Shown: in pieces, positions 1 through 10,937 of the stretch
Layout of the letters: each line of letters opens with the position of its first letter
Position numbering within the stretch: the stretch's first letter is position 1
Position numbers and translations under genes: made by a program
Assembly: GCA_963749155.1 (NCBI GenBank)
Contig: CAVVLO010000001.1
Location: forward strand, 384,001-448,000
Direction: 5' to 3'
Length of the DNA: 64,000 nt
Origin: an uncultured Armatimonadia bacterium
GTDB lineage: Bacteria > Armatimonadota > Zipacnadia > CAVVLO01
The notes under the pieces: generated by a model
Told to the model about the DNA's origin: nothing
Seen by the model: the letters and a program-made list of their open reading frames with translations, nothing else
Database searches by the model: none

Positions 1-528
1 CCCCTGCTGCTGCTCGACGCCGATCCAGTAGATGCTGTCCCTCATCCAGCGCAAGCCTGCCAGCCGCATCAGCTCGGGGATAGTGGTGATATCGCCCTGC
101 CCGTGATCGAAGTGGAAACACGCGCCGAAGGGGCTGTCCTCTGCGCCCTGGGCCTGCTGCCGCGCGGTCAGAGGACGCAGCACCGCCCAGCCCTGGGTGA
201 GCACTGACTCCTCCCCCTCGACCTGCACTTGCACCTCATACCAGCCGAAATCCGGTGGCTTCAGGAAGAACCCAAGCGGCTTCTCGGTGTCTCGCTGGGT
301 GGCTACCCGCACCTTCTGTTCGTCCACGACCTGCCCGAAGGCGTCCACCAGGCGCGCCTCGACGGCAAGCGGCTCGGAGAAGCTCGTCAGCCTCACCTGC
401 ACGGGCAGCGATTGAACGCCCACAATTGCGCGCAGCGCCTGTGCCTGCCCCAATTCCAGCCTGCCCTGCGCCCAGGCGGGCAGCGAGAACAGTCCTCCCA
501 GCACCAGTGTCAGCATTAGCCACTTCAT
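1..528 (-). CDS. Secreted glycoside hydrolase-like protein (clan GH-A type), N-terminal part; runs off the window; frameshifted
   Basis: ATG at 528 after a GGAG RBS gives signal peptide MKWLMLTLVLGGLFSLPAWAQ. After a frameshift near 440 it reads ...FGWYEVQV...SPFGACFHF...LMRLAGLRWMRDSIYW..VEQQQG, typical of TIM-barrel GH N-termini. Confidence 0.55.
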   Translation of the reverse strand, partial: MKWLMLTLVLGGLFSLPAWAQGRLELGQAQALRAIVGVQSLPVQVRLTSFSEPLAVEARLVDAFGQVVDEQKVRVATQRDTEKPLGFFLKPPDFGWYEVQVQVEGEESVLTQGWAVLRPLTARQQAQGAEDSPFGACFHFDHGQGDITTIPELMRLAGLRWMRDSIYWIGVEQQQG

Positions 529-533
529 AGTCG

Positions 534-1839
534 CTACTCCCCTTGGGCCACGATGTCCGGCGGCAGGCTGATTGCCCCGCCGTTCTTCTGAAGGCGCAAC
601 TCGCCCTCTACCTTTAGATCGCGCGCCTCGATGGTACCCTCGTCCTCGGTTAGCAGCAGCAGATTACCGAGCTTGCAGTACTCCAGCACTGCCTGCCCCC
701 TGCCATAAACGCCAACCTGCCCGATGATACCCAGCCCTTCATCGAAGCGCCCTACAGTGGCGTTCTTTAGCTGCAGGAAAGCCTCGCTTGCGGTCCCTTT
801 CCGCCCGACATCCACGGTCGTTGCTGTCGTCTGGGCGTTGTAAGTGCCCTCGTCACCGACCAGCGCGACCTTGCCCTCGAAAACAAACAGCTCGCATATC
901 AGCGTCGGCCCTCGTCAGGATGAAATCGGTCTTCGGCCCATAGAGATACACGCCCCAGGTGCCGATGCCCGCCGGCTTGTCCTCGGTGCGGAAAGTAACG
1001 TTGGCCACCTTCAGACTGGTATTTGGCGTGACAAGCGGCATCGCTTCGCCCGAGGCGAGGGGATTCCACTTGCAGGGCAGCCAGGCCTCGCCGACCAGAT
1101 CGCCTCCAAGCAGAGCCGGTATCAAACTTGGACAGTCGCGCAGCACCAGCTCGGTCTCAGGTCCGCCTGTCGCCAGCCAGTTCACGAAGAGGAACCACAG
1201 GGGCACCTTAACTTGCTCCAGCCGGCAGCGGTACTGCGCCCCAGGCAAGTTGGAGGCATCGAGAGTGCGATTCAGCGGTTGATCAACCGGCAAGTCCAGC
1301 ACCCCTCTGCCGCCCGTGGCGAAGACATTCAGCGCGATGTTGAATTCGCTGTCTTTGATGATCGCATCGCCGTAGCCGGTCAGGATTACACTGTCAGGAT
1401 TGGGCCCCTGCACGAGCCGGGTCGCCCTGAGCCTTGCCCCGGGCTTCTCCCAGCCGAAGGTGATGCCATAACTGTAACGGATGGTCGTGTCGGTCGCCCG
1501 CCAGGTGCCGTGGTTGAGGCTGAAGATGGTCTGCGCGATGACACCGGATTGCTGCGTGCCACCGATAGTGGTGTTCTCGGTGACCAAGAGCCCGCCCTCG
1601 AGCTTAACTGTGTGCTGGCGCGCATAGCTTCCGACGATCTCGACCACGGAATCCTTGATTATCAACTCCCCACCCGGCTGGATGATGAGGTCGCCCTCGA
1701 CGAGGTAATGCCCTCCGAGCCAGAAAGTCCGCTCCGAGATGACTACATCGCCCTCATAACGCACCTCTCGCAGTCCATCTGCCTGCGCCCAGACCAGCCC
1801 GGCAAAGGCCACGAGCATTACCAGCAGGAAACTCTTCAT
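534..1839 (-). CDS. Secreted hypothetical protein with beta-helix-like repeats; frameshifted near 880
   Basis: ORFs 853..1899 and 534..815 join. The start MKSFLLVMLVAFAGLVWAQ follows a GGAGG RBS; the protein is beta-rich. Confidence 0.6.
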
Positions 1840-2031
1840 CAGATTGCCTCCACCAGTGTAGTTTTCTACTAGTTCGACGCTGGCTGGGCGATTCCCCACT
1901 TATTCTGCACCATCAAACTTGCTCTGCGCCGAAGGCCTGGAATCGGGGTGCAGGGGCGCTGTGCCCCTGCGCAGGTAATCAGGCCTTCCCGCCGAATCTC
2001 TGCCCTAGCCTGATCCAGAGGAGCGACCACT

Positions 2032-3400
2032 ATGCCTCGCCAGCGCAATCTGCTTTTCGTTTTCGATGACCAGCACAGATGGTGCAGCCTCGGCTGTTAC
2101 GGCGATCCGGAGGTTAGCTCTCCCAATCTCGACCATTTCGCCACGGGAGCGCTCAGGTTCCAGCACGCTTTCACCAACTGTCCTCTCTGCGTGCCCGCTC
2201 GCGGCACCTTGCTGACCGGCCTTCACGCGATGCGCCACCGCGCTATCAGCAACGATCTGCCTATCCGCCGCGATGTCACCAGTATCGCTCACGTGCTGGA
2301 AGAGGCCGGCGTCCACACCGGCTATGTGGGGAAATGGCACCTCGCAGGCGTCCCGCGCGACAAGCCGGTCACCCAGCCCGAGCGCCTCGGTTTCAGCGAG
2401 TGGAAGGTCGCCGAGTGCACGCACGATTATCTGCATTCTTACTACTGGGATGAGGACAACGTCCATCACAATATCGAGGGTTATGAGCCCATCGGCCAGA
2501 CGGATATGGCCGTAGACTTCATCCAGCGGAACCAGGGCCACCCTTGGAGTCTCTTCCTCTCCTGGGGGCCGCCGCACGACCCCTACCAGTGGGTGCCGCA
2601 AGAGTATCTCGACCTGTTCGATCCTGCCGACGCTGAGCCTGCGCCCCAACGTCGAGGAGCCTATCATCCAGACGCGCGAGCGCCATTACGGCATCGCCGA
2701 CCTGCGCCTGTGGCTGCAGGGCTATTACGCCCACATCGCCGCGCTGGATGAGCAGTTTGGCCGCCTGATGGCAAGCCTCGAAGCCACCGGCCAACTGGAG
2801 GACACCGTCGTCGTCTTCACCAGCGACCACGGCGATATGCTGGGCAGCCACGGCTTCGAGAACAAGCAACTGCCCCACGAGGAGTCAGCGCGCATCCCAC
2901 TGCTGATTGGCGGGCCTGGTGTCAGGGCAGGAGTTACCAACGAGCTCATCGGCCTGGTGGATTTGCCTGTGACCTTGCTCTCACTGCTGGGATTGACGTA
3001 TCCGGGCGAGGTGGATGGCGCGGATCTCAGCGGTCTACTGACCTCGGACAGAGCCGAAGGCCTTCGAGAGTGCTATCTCTACGACCTCATCCCCTGCCAC
3101 CAGGCCTTCGAACGGGGCGGAGATTCCTGGCGCGCGCTGAGGACGCGGCGCCACACCTACGCGCGTACGCCGCATGACGAGGGCTGGCTGCTTTTCGATA
3201 ATCTCGCCGACCCCTACCAGCAGCAAAATCTCATCGGCGACCCCGCCCACGCCGACCTGGAGAGCCAGCTTCGGGCCTGGCTCGACGAAGCGATCGCTCG
3301 CCACGACGAACTCCTCCCCTGGGAGGACCTCGTCCGCAAGTATGACTTCACCGATGTCTGGAACAAGAGCCAATCCTACTTCGGAAAGGAAACTTTGTAG
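2032..3400 (+). CDS. Formylglycine-dependent sulfatase; frameshifted near 2630
   Basis: Motifs FVFDDQ, CVPARGTLLTG (CxPxR), GKWHL, PPHDP and FTSDHGD; split over ORFs 2032..2751 and 2768..3400. Confidence 0.9.
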
Positions 3401-3442
3401 TGTAAACGAGGCGGGGTGGATCGCCCCGCCCCCAGAAGAGGC

Positions 3443-3468
3443 GTGTTTCGGGAGCTTGCTCCCGAAAC
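3443..3468 (+). repeat. REP-like palindrome family A, solitary copy
   Basis: GTGTTTCGGGAGCTTGCTCCCGAAAC; 11-bp stem. Confidence 0.85.
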
Positions 3469-3553
3469 TCGGGGCCGGATTTGCCTCCGAGCTTTCAGCA
3501 ATTTCATCGTAGAACAGGCTTAGTCGGCTCACTTTGCGGTGCTGAGCTCCTAG

Positions 3554-3603
3554 TTGACACTAGGTTACGTCAATGGTAAGCTCTTTTCAGCAATATGCTG
3601 AAA
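3554..3603 (+). promoter_or_regulatory. Sigma-70 promoter with overlapping inverted-repeat operator of the TA operon
   Basis: TTGACA (3554-3559), 17 bp spacer, TG-G-TAAGCT (3577-3582), then TTTCAGCA-ATA-TGCTGAAA (3585-3603). Further TTTCAGCA half-sites lie near 3493 and 3653. Confidence 0.7.
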
Positions 3604-3683
3604 CAGCCTTTATACTGAAAAATAGGCGCATTATAGGCCATAATAGCTATATTTTCAGCAATAATAATATTTTCAACAGAAAG

Positions 3684-4784
3684 ATGAAAACACAAAAAAC
3701 ACTGAAAAGTAATGACCTTCTTGCAAAGGTGGAGCAGGCAGTTCGCGAGTCACTCGCGCAGGTGCCTTTCGTCGAGCTTGTCCGCATCGAACATGAAGGG
3801 CGACCTAACGGCCCTCAGGCGCGAGTTCAGTTCGACCTGCTTATGACGGTCAGGACACCCGCTGGCACGACTAACCTTGCGCTGGCGACCAAGGGGAGCG
3901 GCGAGCCACGTGTTGCCCGAGCAGCTCTCGACCAACTTGGCCGAGTTCTCCCGGCGCTGGAACCCCCCGCGTATGGGGTGCTGGCAGCCCCGTACATCTC
4001 TTTGTCCACCGCTGCTCTCTGCGTAGAGCGGAATTTTGGCTACGTTGATCTGGCGGGCAACTGCCGACTTGCCTTCTGGCCGGTGTTCATCAGTCGCGAA
4101 GGGGCACCCAATCCCTTCGCAAGGCGACAGGGTATAGTGTCGTTGTTCCAGGCTAGTTCCTTCAAGACACTCGCTGTACTGCGCGCCCTGCTGGCTTGGC
4201 CAAAACGGCGCTGGCGAACCGTCGATTTGGCCTCTGAAGCAGGTGTCAGCCTCGGCCTGGTCTCCTCAGTCAAGCAGTTGCTGGAAGACCGAGAATGGCT
4301 GGTCAGCACTAGAGACGGTTTTGTCTTGACCGAGCCCTGTTCGCTGCTAACCGACTGGGCGGTTAATTATGAACTGGACGAGGTTGCGACAAAAGGATTC
4401 TACACAAGCAAGCCCTTGCCGCAGCTTGAGGCAGAACTGACCTCGGTGGCTTCCAGGTTAGGTGTGAAGTACGCGCTGACTGGTTTGGCAGGAGCCTTCC
4501 GCCTGGCGCCAGCGGCGCGCTACCAGAGGGTAAGCCTTTATGTTGCAACTGGGCAGGAGGAGGAACTCGCGACGGCTCTTGGTCTGCGCCCTGTGCCTGA
4601 TGGTGCTAACGTCGAGTTCCTGACGTCACCAGATCCCGGAGTATTTCATTACTCCGCATTAGTGGGTGGCACCTGGATCGCTTCGCCAGTCCAACTGTAC
4701 CTCGACCTAAGGGCCACCAAGGCCCGCGGTGAGGAAGCTGCTGAGGCCCTCCTTCGCCAGGTGATTGAACCTCAATGGCGCTAG
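3684..4784 (+). CDS. Type IV toxin-antitoxin AbiEi-like antitoxin / transcriptional regulator
   Basis: N-terminal APYIS...GYVDLAGNC, an HTH (DLASEAGVSLGLVSSVKQLL) and C-terminal ANV..SPVQLYLDL...RGEEAAE. Start placed at 3684 because the 3573 ATG lies inside the promoter. Confidence 0.75.
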   Translation: MKTQKTLKSNDLLAKVEQAVRESLAQVPFVELVRIEHEGRPNGPQARVQFDLLMTVRTPAGTTNLALATKGSGEPRVARAALDQLGRVLPALEPPAYGVLAAPYISLSTAALCVERNFGYVDLAGNCRLAFWPVFISREGAPNPFARRQGIVSLFQASSFKTLAVLRALLAWPKRRWRTVDLASEAGVSLGLVSSVKQLLEDREWLVSTRDGFVLTEPCSLLTDWAVNYELDEVATKGFYTSKPLPQLEAELTSVASRLGVKYALTGLAGAFRLAPAARYQRVSLYVATGQEEELATALGLRPVPDGANVEFLTSPDPGVFHYSALVGGTWIASPVQLYLDLRATKARGEEAAEALLRQVIEPQWR

Positions 4785-5599
4785 ATCCGACGGATCGTCA
4801 GTGGGACAGCGGGGTCACTGCAGCCAGGGCAGTGCTGCTTGAAGTCACGCGTGTGCTGTCGGAGTATAAGGGCTTAGTAGTCCTGGTTGGTGGCTGGGTT
4901 CCCGAGTTGCTTTTTGGCCAGCATCCGGGCAGCCTCGATGTGGATCTTGCCCTTGACCATACAGCCTTGGACGAGGTTGGTTATGCGACTATCCGTCAGC
5001 TACTGGAACGAGCCGGGTATATACAGGATTCAGAGCGCGAGTTCGTCTTCTGGCGGCATCTAGCTGTCGAGGGGCGGGTAATTGAGGTGGAGCTTGACCT
5101 CCTCGCTGGCGAGTATGACGGCACGGCACGTAAACGCCGGCACCAGAGGGTGCAAGATATCACCGCGCGTAAAGCACGTGGTGCTGATCTGGCCCACGTT
5201 GCCCCTCTCGAGGTGCCCTTTGAGGGCACGCTCCCGAGTGGTGCGAAGGACAGAACCATCCTTCGCGTTGCCAGTCTGCCCGCCTTCCTGGTCATGAAGG
5301 CCTCAGCGCTTGCGAGCCGCCTTAAGCCCAAGGACGCCTTCGACATCGTGTTCTGCTTGCGCCACTACCAGTCCGATATCGAGGCACTCAAAGCCGAGTT
5401 TATCCCGTACCTGGTTAGACCTGTTGTGCTGCAAGCCCTCACAACCTTGGCTGAGAAGTTTGCGTCGCCTGAACACTTTGGCCCTGTGTCAGCGGCTGAG
5501 TTTCTCGGGGAGACAGACCCAGAGGCGCTTGAGATACTAAGACGTGACGCCTACGAGCGGGTACAAGCACTGCTGCGCCTGCTTGGAAACACCGCTTAG
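4775..5599 (+). CDS. AbiEii-like nucleotidyltransferase toxin
   Basis: Pol-beta-type motif LVGGW...GSLDVDL and C-terminal MKA...R.KPKDAFDI; overlaps the antitoxin stop codon. Confidence 0.75.
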   Translation: MALDPTDRQWDSGVTAARAVLLEVTRVLSEYKGLVVLVGGWVPELLFGQHPGSLDVDLALDHTALDEVGYATIRQLLERAGYIQDSEREFVFWRHLAVEGRVIEVELDLLAGEYDGTARKRRHQRVQDITARKARGADLAHVAPLEVPFEGTLPSGAKDRTILRVASLPAFLVMKASALASRLKPKDAFDIVFCLRHYQSDIEALKAEFIPYLVRPVVLQALTTLAEKFASPEHFGPVSAAEFLGETDPEALEILRRDAYERVQALLRLLGNTA

Positions 5600-5613
5600 T
5601 TGTCTCCCCCCTT

Positions 5614-6592
5614 CTACCCATACACCTTCTCGTTGACTGCCATCGCCAGGCGATACGAGGCCAGGGCATCGGCATAGGGGGAGCGGATAGGCGCCATCGA
5701 GCCTGTCTCCATCGCCTCGAAGAAGGCCAGCCACTCGACCTCAAAGCACTGGCTGTTCGGGGTGCCCTGGTAGCTCCACGGTTGCCCTGCAACCAGGCCC
5801 TGGGCCAGGTTGGCGAACATATCCACGTCCACGCTGCTGCGGTCGGTGATGATTGAGATACGACATTTCCACTGAGAGGCGCACCAGGAATGCCCGTGGC
5901 TCACCAGCGCGCCGTTCTCCATCGCCAGAGTCCAGCCGACCTTGTCCACCGTGTCGATGGCGTCGGTCAGGGGGAGCCTCTGCCGCAGCCCGAGCGCCGC
6001 GATCTGGACGGCGTCCGAGCCTGTGATATAGCGCGCCGCGTCGAGGTAGTGAACTCCCTGATCGCCGACCAGTCCGCCGGACTTGGCCAGGCTATAGGGA
6101 TTTGGATAGCCTGCGGCCATCTGGACATCCGCCATCGGCGATTCGTAGAGTATCTGCACGAGGGTCAGCTTGTCCCCTTGTACCGCCTGCATCGCCGCAT
6201 TGAGCGCCTGGTTGTAGCGACTCATAAAACCGACCGAATGGATAAGCCCCGACTCGTCCAGCAGCTTCAGGATGGCCTCGCCTGCCTCAACAGTGTGGCA
6301 GGGTGGCTTCTCCATCAGCACCGGGAGGCCTTTACTTCACGGCCAGCTCGATATATTCGAGTCGCGCATGGGCAGGCGTGAAGAGCGCAATGCAATCCGG
6401 TTTCACTTTGGACACCGCTTCGGCTGCATCAACAAAGATAGGTGCTTTGGGCGCCCATTTGGCAGCGAAAGCCTCGGCCCGCTGCTTGTCCAGGTCCACT
6501 AGTCCGACTACTTTGGCCTTGCCAGTTGTCTCGAGGGCCGCGCCATGGGAATGCGAGATGCCTCCCGAGCCGATTACGAGGACTTTCTTCAT
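5614..6592 (-). CDS. Gfo/Idh/MocA oxidoreductase; frameshifted near 6325
   Basis: VIGSGGIS Rossmann motif, EKP motif, VGFMSRY and GGLVGDQGVH; ORFs 6332..6592 plus 5614..6321. Confidence 0.85.
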
Positions 6593-6711
6593 CTGTAGAC
6601 TCCTCCAGTCAAGCGAAAAGCCGCCTCTCGGCAGCCTTTGAAGATACGCCTCTCGCAGGAGAAGCCCTGCCTGGAAGCGAAACAGGAACCAGAGTTTTGG
6701 AAGGTGATCCT

Positions 6712-8510
6712 ATGAAAGGTCTGATGCTGCTTGTTTTGCTCGGTCTCTGCCTCGCTGGCTATGCCCAACCGAACTGGCGCGTCTCGAGCGGCGACTGGCG
6801 CCTCTCTTCAGATACTCTTGCTTGCGATGATCCGGACAACCGGGGTCCTTTGGTTGGACTGCCAGGCGCAGCATACCGAGACTTCACAGCCGAGGTGAGT
6901 ATCCAGTTCCAGGCTGACCACGTCGGCGGGGGAGAGGGCTGGGCAGGCCTGCTTGTGCGAGGCCGCAATCCTGTCGCCTATGGAGTCTTCCACTCCGGCT
7001 ATCTGGCCTTGCTGCGCGCAAATGGCCGGCTAGAACTGGGTGGAGGCCTGGGCAAAGTAGAGACTGGCCTCGACCCCCTTACCGCTCCGGTGCGGCTGCG
7101 CGTCGAAGCCACAGGCGACTGGCTGCGCGTTTTCGCCGACGGCAAGCAGCTCATTGAAGCGACGGGCCAGCTCTATCCAGAGGGCGAAGTCGCCCTGGCC
7201 CTTTTCGGCGCCGAAGCCACCTTCAGTGATTTCCAATTGACCGGCCAATCAGTGCCAAAAGAGGAGTGGACCCCAGTGCAACCCATCCAGCCAGTCCCCG
7301 AAGCTGCCCCGCCCGTTACACCTCTGCCCCGCATCGCCACCAGGCTGCGCGAGGGCACCCTCGGAGAGTTCTGCGTGAAGGAGACCGGCGAGCGTTTCTT
7401 CCCCGAGGGCTACAACTACACCGTGCTGGCGAACAACTGGCATGCGACCTTCGATACCGATGTCTATGACCCGGCCAATATGGAAGCCGCTCTTGCCGCG
7501 ATGGAGGCGGCTGGCTCCAACTGCATACGCGTCTGGAGCTGGGGCAGGGCCACGCATGAGACCAGTTTCTGTGGCGCCCAGAGTGACCGCGGGCTGAATC
7601 CGCAATATATGGCCAACTATGTGGACTTCCTGCGCCGCTGCACCGCTCATCATATCTACGTCGTGGCGATGGTGGACGAGTATCCCCGCAATGCCTGGTA
7701 CGACTGGGTGGACAGGGAGAACACCGCCCCTGACGATGAGCTGACGGTGCGCGGCTACAACCGCCAGTATCTCACTAGCGGCCTCATCGCCGCCAAGGCC
7801 GAGGCCTTGGGCGATTTCATCACCTATATCAAGCAGGCCGACCCTAATCTGCTCTCAACCGTGCTTGCCTGGGCTTTCTGTAATGAGGCTTTCGTAGACG
7901 CCAAGCTTGGTCCCTTCGATCAGGAGGAGGGACTGGTAACCTGCGCCAACGGCAAGACTTACGATATGGCAGACTTCGACCAGCGGCAGGCTTGCTGGGA
8001 TGAGGGCATCGTCCACTGGGCCAATGCGCTGGACGCCGTGGTGAAGGAACTCGATCCCGAGGCGATGACTACCGTCGGGATGTGGACTTCCGATGCTCAG
8101 CGGCGGGCGCCATACAATGGGATAGACCCCACCTCTGGTGTTGTGCAGGACCAGCGTTTTTGCCCGCGGCCCTCGGTGCTGGCCGCGCCGGAGTGCAACA
8201 TCGACTTTCTGGATATCCATGTCTACCCCTGGCGCGGACCAGAGGCCGCACTTTTTGACGAGATTCCGCATGAGTGGACTGCCCTGAAGCAACTTGGCAA
8301 AACGGTGCTGGTCGGCGAGTATGGCGCCTTTACGCACCAGTCGCCCGAGCCGGGTCCGGCGATGCAGGTAGTGCTGGGGATACGGCAAGAATCACTGGCG
8401 CACGACTACGCGGGTTTCCTCTTCTGGACGTGGAACCTGTCCGGCCCCGGTTGCTGGGCTGGGGTGGACCCGGGCTGGGCAGAGTTCCTGAAAGAGCAGT
8501 TCCTCTTGAC
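6712..8510 (+). CDS. Secreted GH5-like glycoside hydrolase with N-terminal DUF1080-like beta-sandwich; end approximate
   Basis: Signal peptide MKGLMLLVLLGLCLAGYAQ; clan-A motifs GSNCIRVW, FCNE, DIHVYP, LVGEYG and FLFWTW. It has no in-frame stop and reads through a repeat-containing spacer into the next gene. Confidence 0.7.
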
Positions 8511-8589
8511 GCGTCCTCGTCTCTGTCCCCCACTAGAGGGGGTACAGGGGGGCCACCCCCTGTGCAGTTTGCCTTTGGAGGTTGCCTTG

Positions 8590-10353
8590 ATGCGGTTCTT
8601 CGCCCTTGCCTTGTTGCTCTGCGCCGCCTGGACTGCGGGCGCGGAGAATCTGACGGCTTCCCCGAGGCTATTCCAGCTTGGCGAGGGGTGGAGTGCTGCC
8701 GACGGCGCCTTGCAGTGTGATACTCAGGGCGATGCTTATGCCTGGGCCACTGGCGCTCCTTTATCTCCTGGTTGGAAGTTGCGGCTTGAAGCGACCATCG
8801 GCAAGCGCTACTCGGGAGAGGGCCAAAGCGCAGCGCTCAGCCTTGGGGTGGCGACAGAAGCCGCTCCGACCACGCCGGCGCTGCTCTTCAACGTCGAGAG
8901 CCGCACCGAGGGGAAGATAAACCTGACGGCTCAGTATCTCACCGAGGGCCAGTGGGTTCCTCTCTACGCCAGCGACTGGATTTCCTGCAAGGACGATCGC
9001 TTCACGCTGGAAGCCGAATACACGCCCGGCAACCGGTTCCTCGACCTGCGGCTGTGGAGCGGCAGCGGCTGGTACACGCACCTCCGCACTCGGCCCTTCC
9101 GCCAGGATTTGTTGAAGGCCTTGCGCTTCCCCGGAGCGCGCGTGTACGGGGGCGAGGCCCAGGTCGCGCTGCTCGAGCCGACCGAACTGCCCCAGCCCGC
9201 TGCGTGGCAGCCGCCAGCCGACCTGGTCAACTCGGCGCAGCGCGCAGGGCAAGACTTGCTTGCGGGCTACTGGGTAGGCGATGCCGTGACCGGTCACATC
9301 ATCGAGACCTATTATGGCTTCCGAAGGGAGGATGCCCCGCGGGACGATGTGCGCTGGCTGTGGGACAACGACCCTCGGGGTGGCATCTGGGAACGAGGTA
9401 CTCTGGTGTTCGCCCTTGCCGCTCTGTATGACGCCACCGGAGACGCCGATCTGCTCGCCCGCCTTAAGGCCGAATACGCCTACACTCGCGGTCGTTACAC
9501 CGCTGAAGAGATCGATTCCGCCCCCGGCACGACTATGATGGTTGGCTGCGACGATGTGGGCTGGGACGCCTGGTATTTCCTCACGCTATACCGGTATACG
9601 CAGGACCAGTGGGCTTTGGACCGCGCCCGCGCGCTGACAGAGGCCGCCTTCGCCCGGTGGGAGGACAGCGACCTCGGAGGGGGCCTCTGGTACAACGACC
9701 AGCGGCAGGCCAAGTCCACCTATCAGGCTGCGCTTTTGCTCTCGGCCCTCACCCTTTGGGAGCTGACGGGCGACGACCACTTCCTCGAATTGATGATGCC
9801 CGCCTACAACTGGACCGAGCTCAACTGCCTGCGCCCGGATGGCCTTTACTGGTGCGATTACGGCTGGGGCGGCCCGGTGGGGAAGGAGCGCCCGGGCGAT
9901 ATCCACGAGGCCGGCAGTGTCAGTTTCCTCGGCGGGAATATGATGATGGGCGTAGTGAACGCGCGCCTCTACCGAGCTACCGGCCAGCCAGAATATCTGG
10001 CTCGCGCGTTGCATTCGGTGGAGGCCATCAGCGCCCACGAGACAACCGAAGGGGTCTTGCTAAATGATCGCGATGCCTGGGCCAATGGCGCCTTCGCGCC
10101 CGAATGGGCTCGCGAAGTGCTGACCCTTCCTGGCTGCCCGGCGGAGGCTCGGGCGCTGCTTGTGCGGACAGGGGAAGTCATCGCCCAGCGCGCTCGCACG
10201 CTGGAGGGCCTCTACTCGCCTTGCTGGCTCACTCATCCCGCTGGGGAAGAGTGCCCCTGGCTCGCCGCCCAGACGACAGCCGGGCAGATAATGACTAGCT
10301 CCACGACGGCGACCTTCCTCATCGCCGCTACGCTGGGTACGTTACCGCACTAG
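8590..10353 (+). CDS. Secreted GH76-family glycoside hydrolase
   Basis: Own GGAGG RBS and signal peptide MRFFALALLLCAAWTAGA; CDDVGW (DD catalytic pair) and GGGLWY..K motifs. Confidence 0.75.
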   Translation: MRFFALALLLCAAWTAGAENLTASPRLFQLGEGWSAADGALQCDTQGDAYAWATGAPLSPGWKLRLEATIGKRYSGEGQSAALSLGVATEAAPTTPALLFNVESRTEGKINLTAQYLTEGQWVPLYASDWISCKDDRFTLEAEYTPGNRFLDLRLWSGSGWYTHLRTRPFRQDLLKALRFPGARVYGGEAQVALLEPTELPQPAAWQPPADLVNSAQRAGQDLLAGYWVGDAVTGHIIETYYGFRREDAPRDDVRWLWDNDPRGGIWERGTLVFALAALYDATGDADLLARLKAEYAYTRGRYTAEEIDSAPGTTMMVGCDDVGWDAWYFLTLYRYTQDQWALDRARALTEAAFARWEDSDLGGGLWYNDQRQAKSTYQAALLLSALTLWELTGDDHFLELMMPAYNWTELNCLRPDGLYWCDYGWGGPVGKERPGDIHEAGSVSFLGGNMMMGVVNARLYRATGQPEYLARALHSVEAISAHETTEGVLLNDRDAWANGAFAPEWAREVLTLPGCPAEARALLVRTGEVIAQRARTLEGLYSPCWLTHPAGEECPWLAAQTTAGQIMTSSTTATFLIAATLGTLPH

Positions 10354-10394
10354 CGCCTCGCCGTCTCTCTCCCTGAGTTGCCTCGAAAACTAGA

Positions 10395-10591
10395 GGGGGT
10401 GTGGGGGCAATGTCCCCACGCCTTTCAACCTTTGTTTTCATCCAAACCAGCGGGCGAAGCCCGTCCTGCTTTTGACTTTCCGCTTTTACTTACGTCCCAA
10501 CGCTTTGCGTGTTTCGGGACTTCAGTCCTGAAACCAAGCCCCTGGCGCTCTTCGTCTTGGCCCTTTGCAGGGGTAGATCTCAGACCCGCCC
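10395..10591. repeat. Degenerate mosaic of hairpin families C, A and B
   Basis: GGGGGTGTGGGGGCAATGTCCCCACG at 10395; GTGTTTCGGGACTTCAGTCCTGAAAC at 10509; GCAGGGGTAGATCTCAGACCCGCCC at 10567. Confidence 0.7.
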
Positions 10592-10669
10592 AGGCTTTTG
10601 CTGCCACCGATAAAGGGCGCTGTTAAGCCAATCCCAGGTCTTCGCAGACCCTGCTGCAACCTTCCTGCA

Positions 10670-10786
10670 ACACTTCCTTAACCCCCATCCCAAACCCCCT
10701 CCCACCCGGGGCTTCTAGCAACGCAAGAAGCGTGCCAGAAGGCCCTTATCCTGGGCAATTTTGGAATAGATTTACAAAGATTTTAC
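10670..10786 (-). ncRNA. Sigma-54 / G-tract cassette, copy 1 (candidate ncRNA)
   Basis: Minus strand: GTAAAATCTTTGTAAATCT box, TGGCACGCTTCTTGC (10737-10723), then CCCCGGGTGGGAGGGGGTTTGGGATGGG. Confidence 0.5.
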
Positions 10787-10937
10787 GTGGGCCTGGCTTG
10801 TCCGGCCTTCACCTTGGCTCAGCCAGAGGGCAAAACTGGGTCAAGGGCTCGCCCCTTCTGAAGATACTCAGGCCCCGCAGGCGATCACCAGGCCGACTCT
10901 TCCCCCTCACTTTCCTGGTCCTGCTATACTCTCCCCG

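Noticed and set aside
3410..3430. Intrinsic terminator after the sulfatase
   Set aside because: A GC hairpin is present but there is no U-tract, so it was not called.
6442..10353. Single 1303-aa protein
   Set aside because: It overlaps a divergent gene at its start and contains an internal RBS, a second signal peptide and a repeat; better read as two genes.
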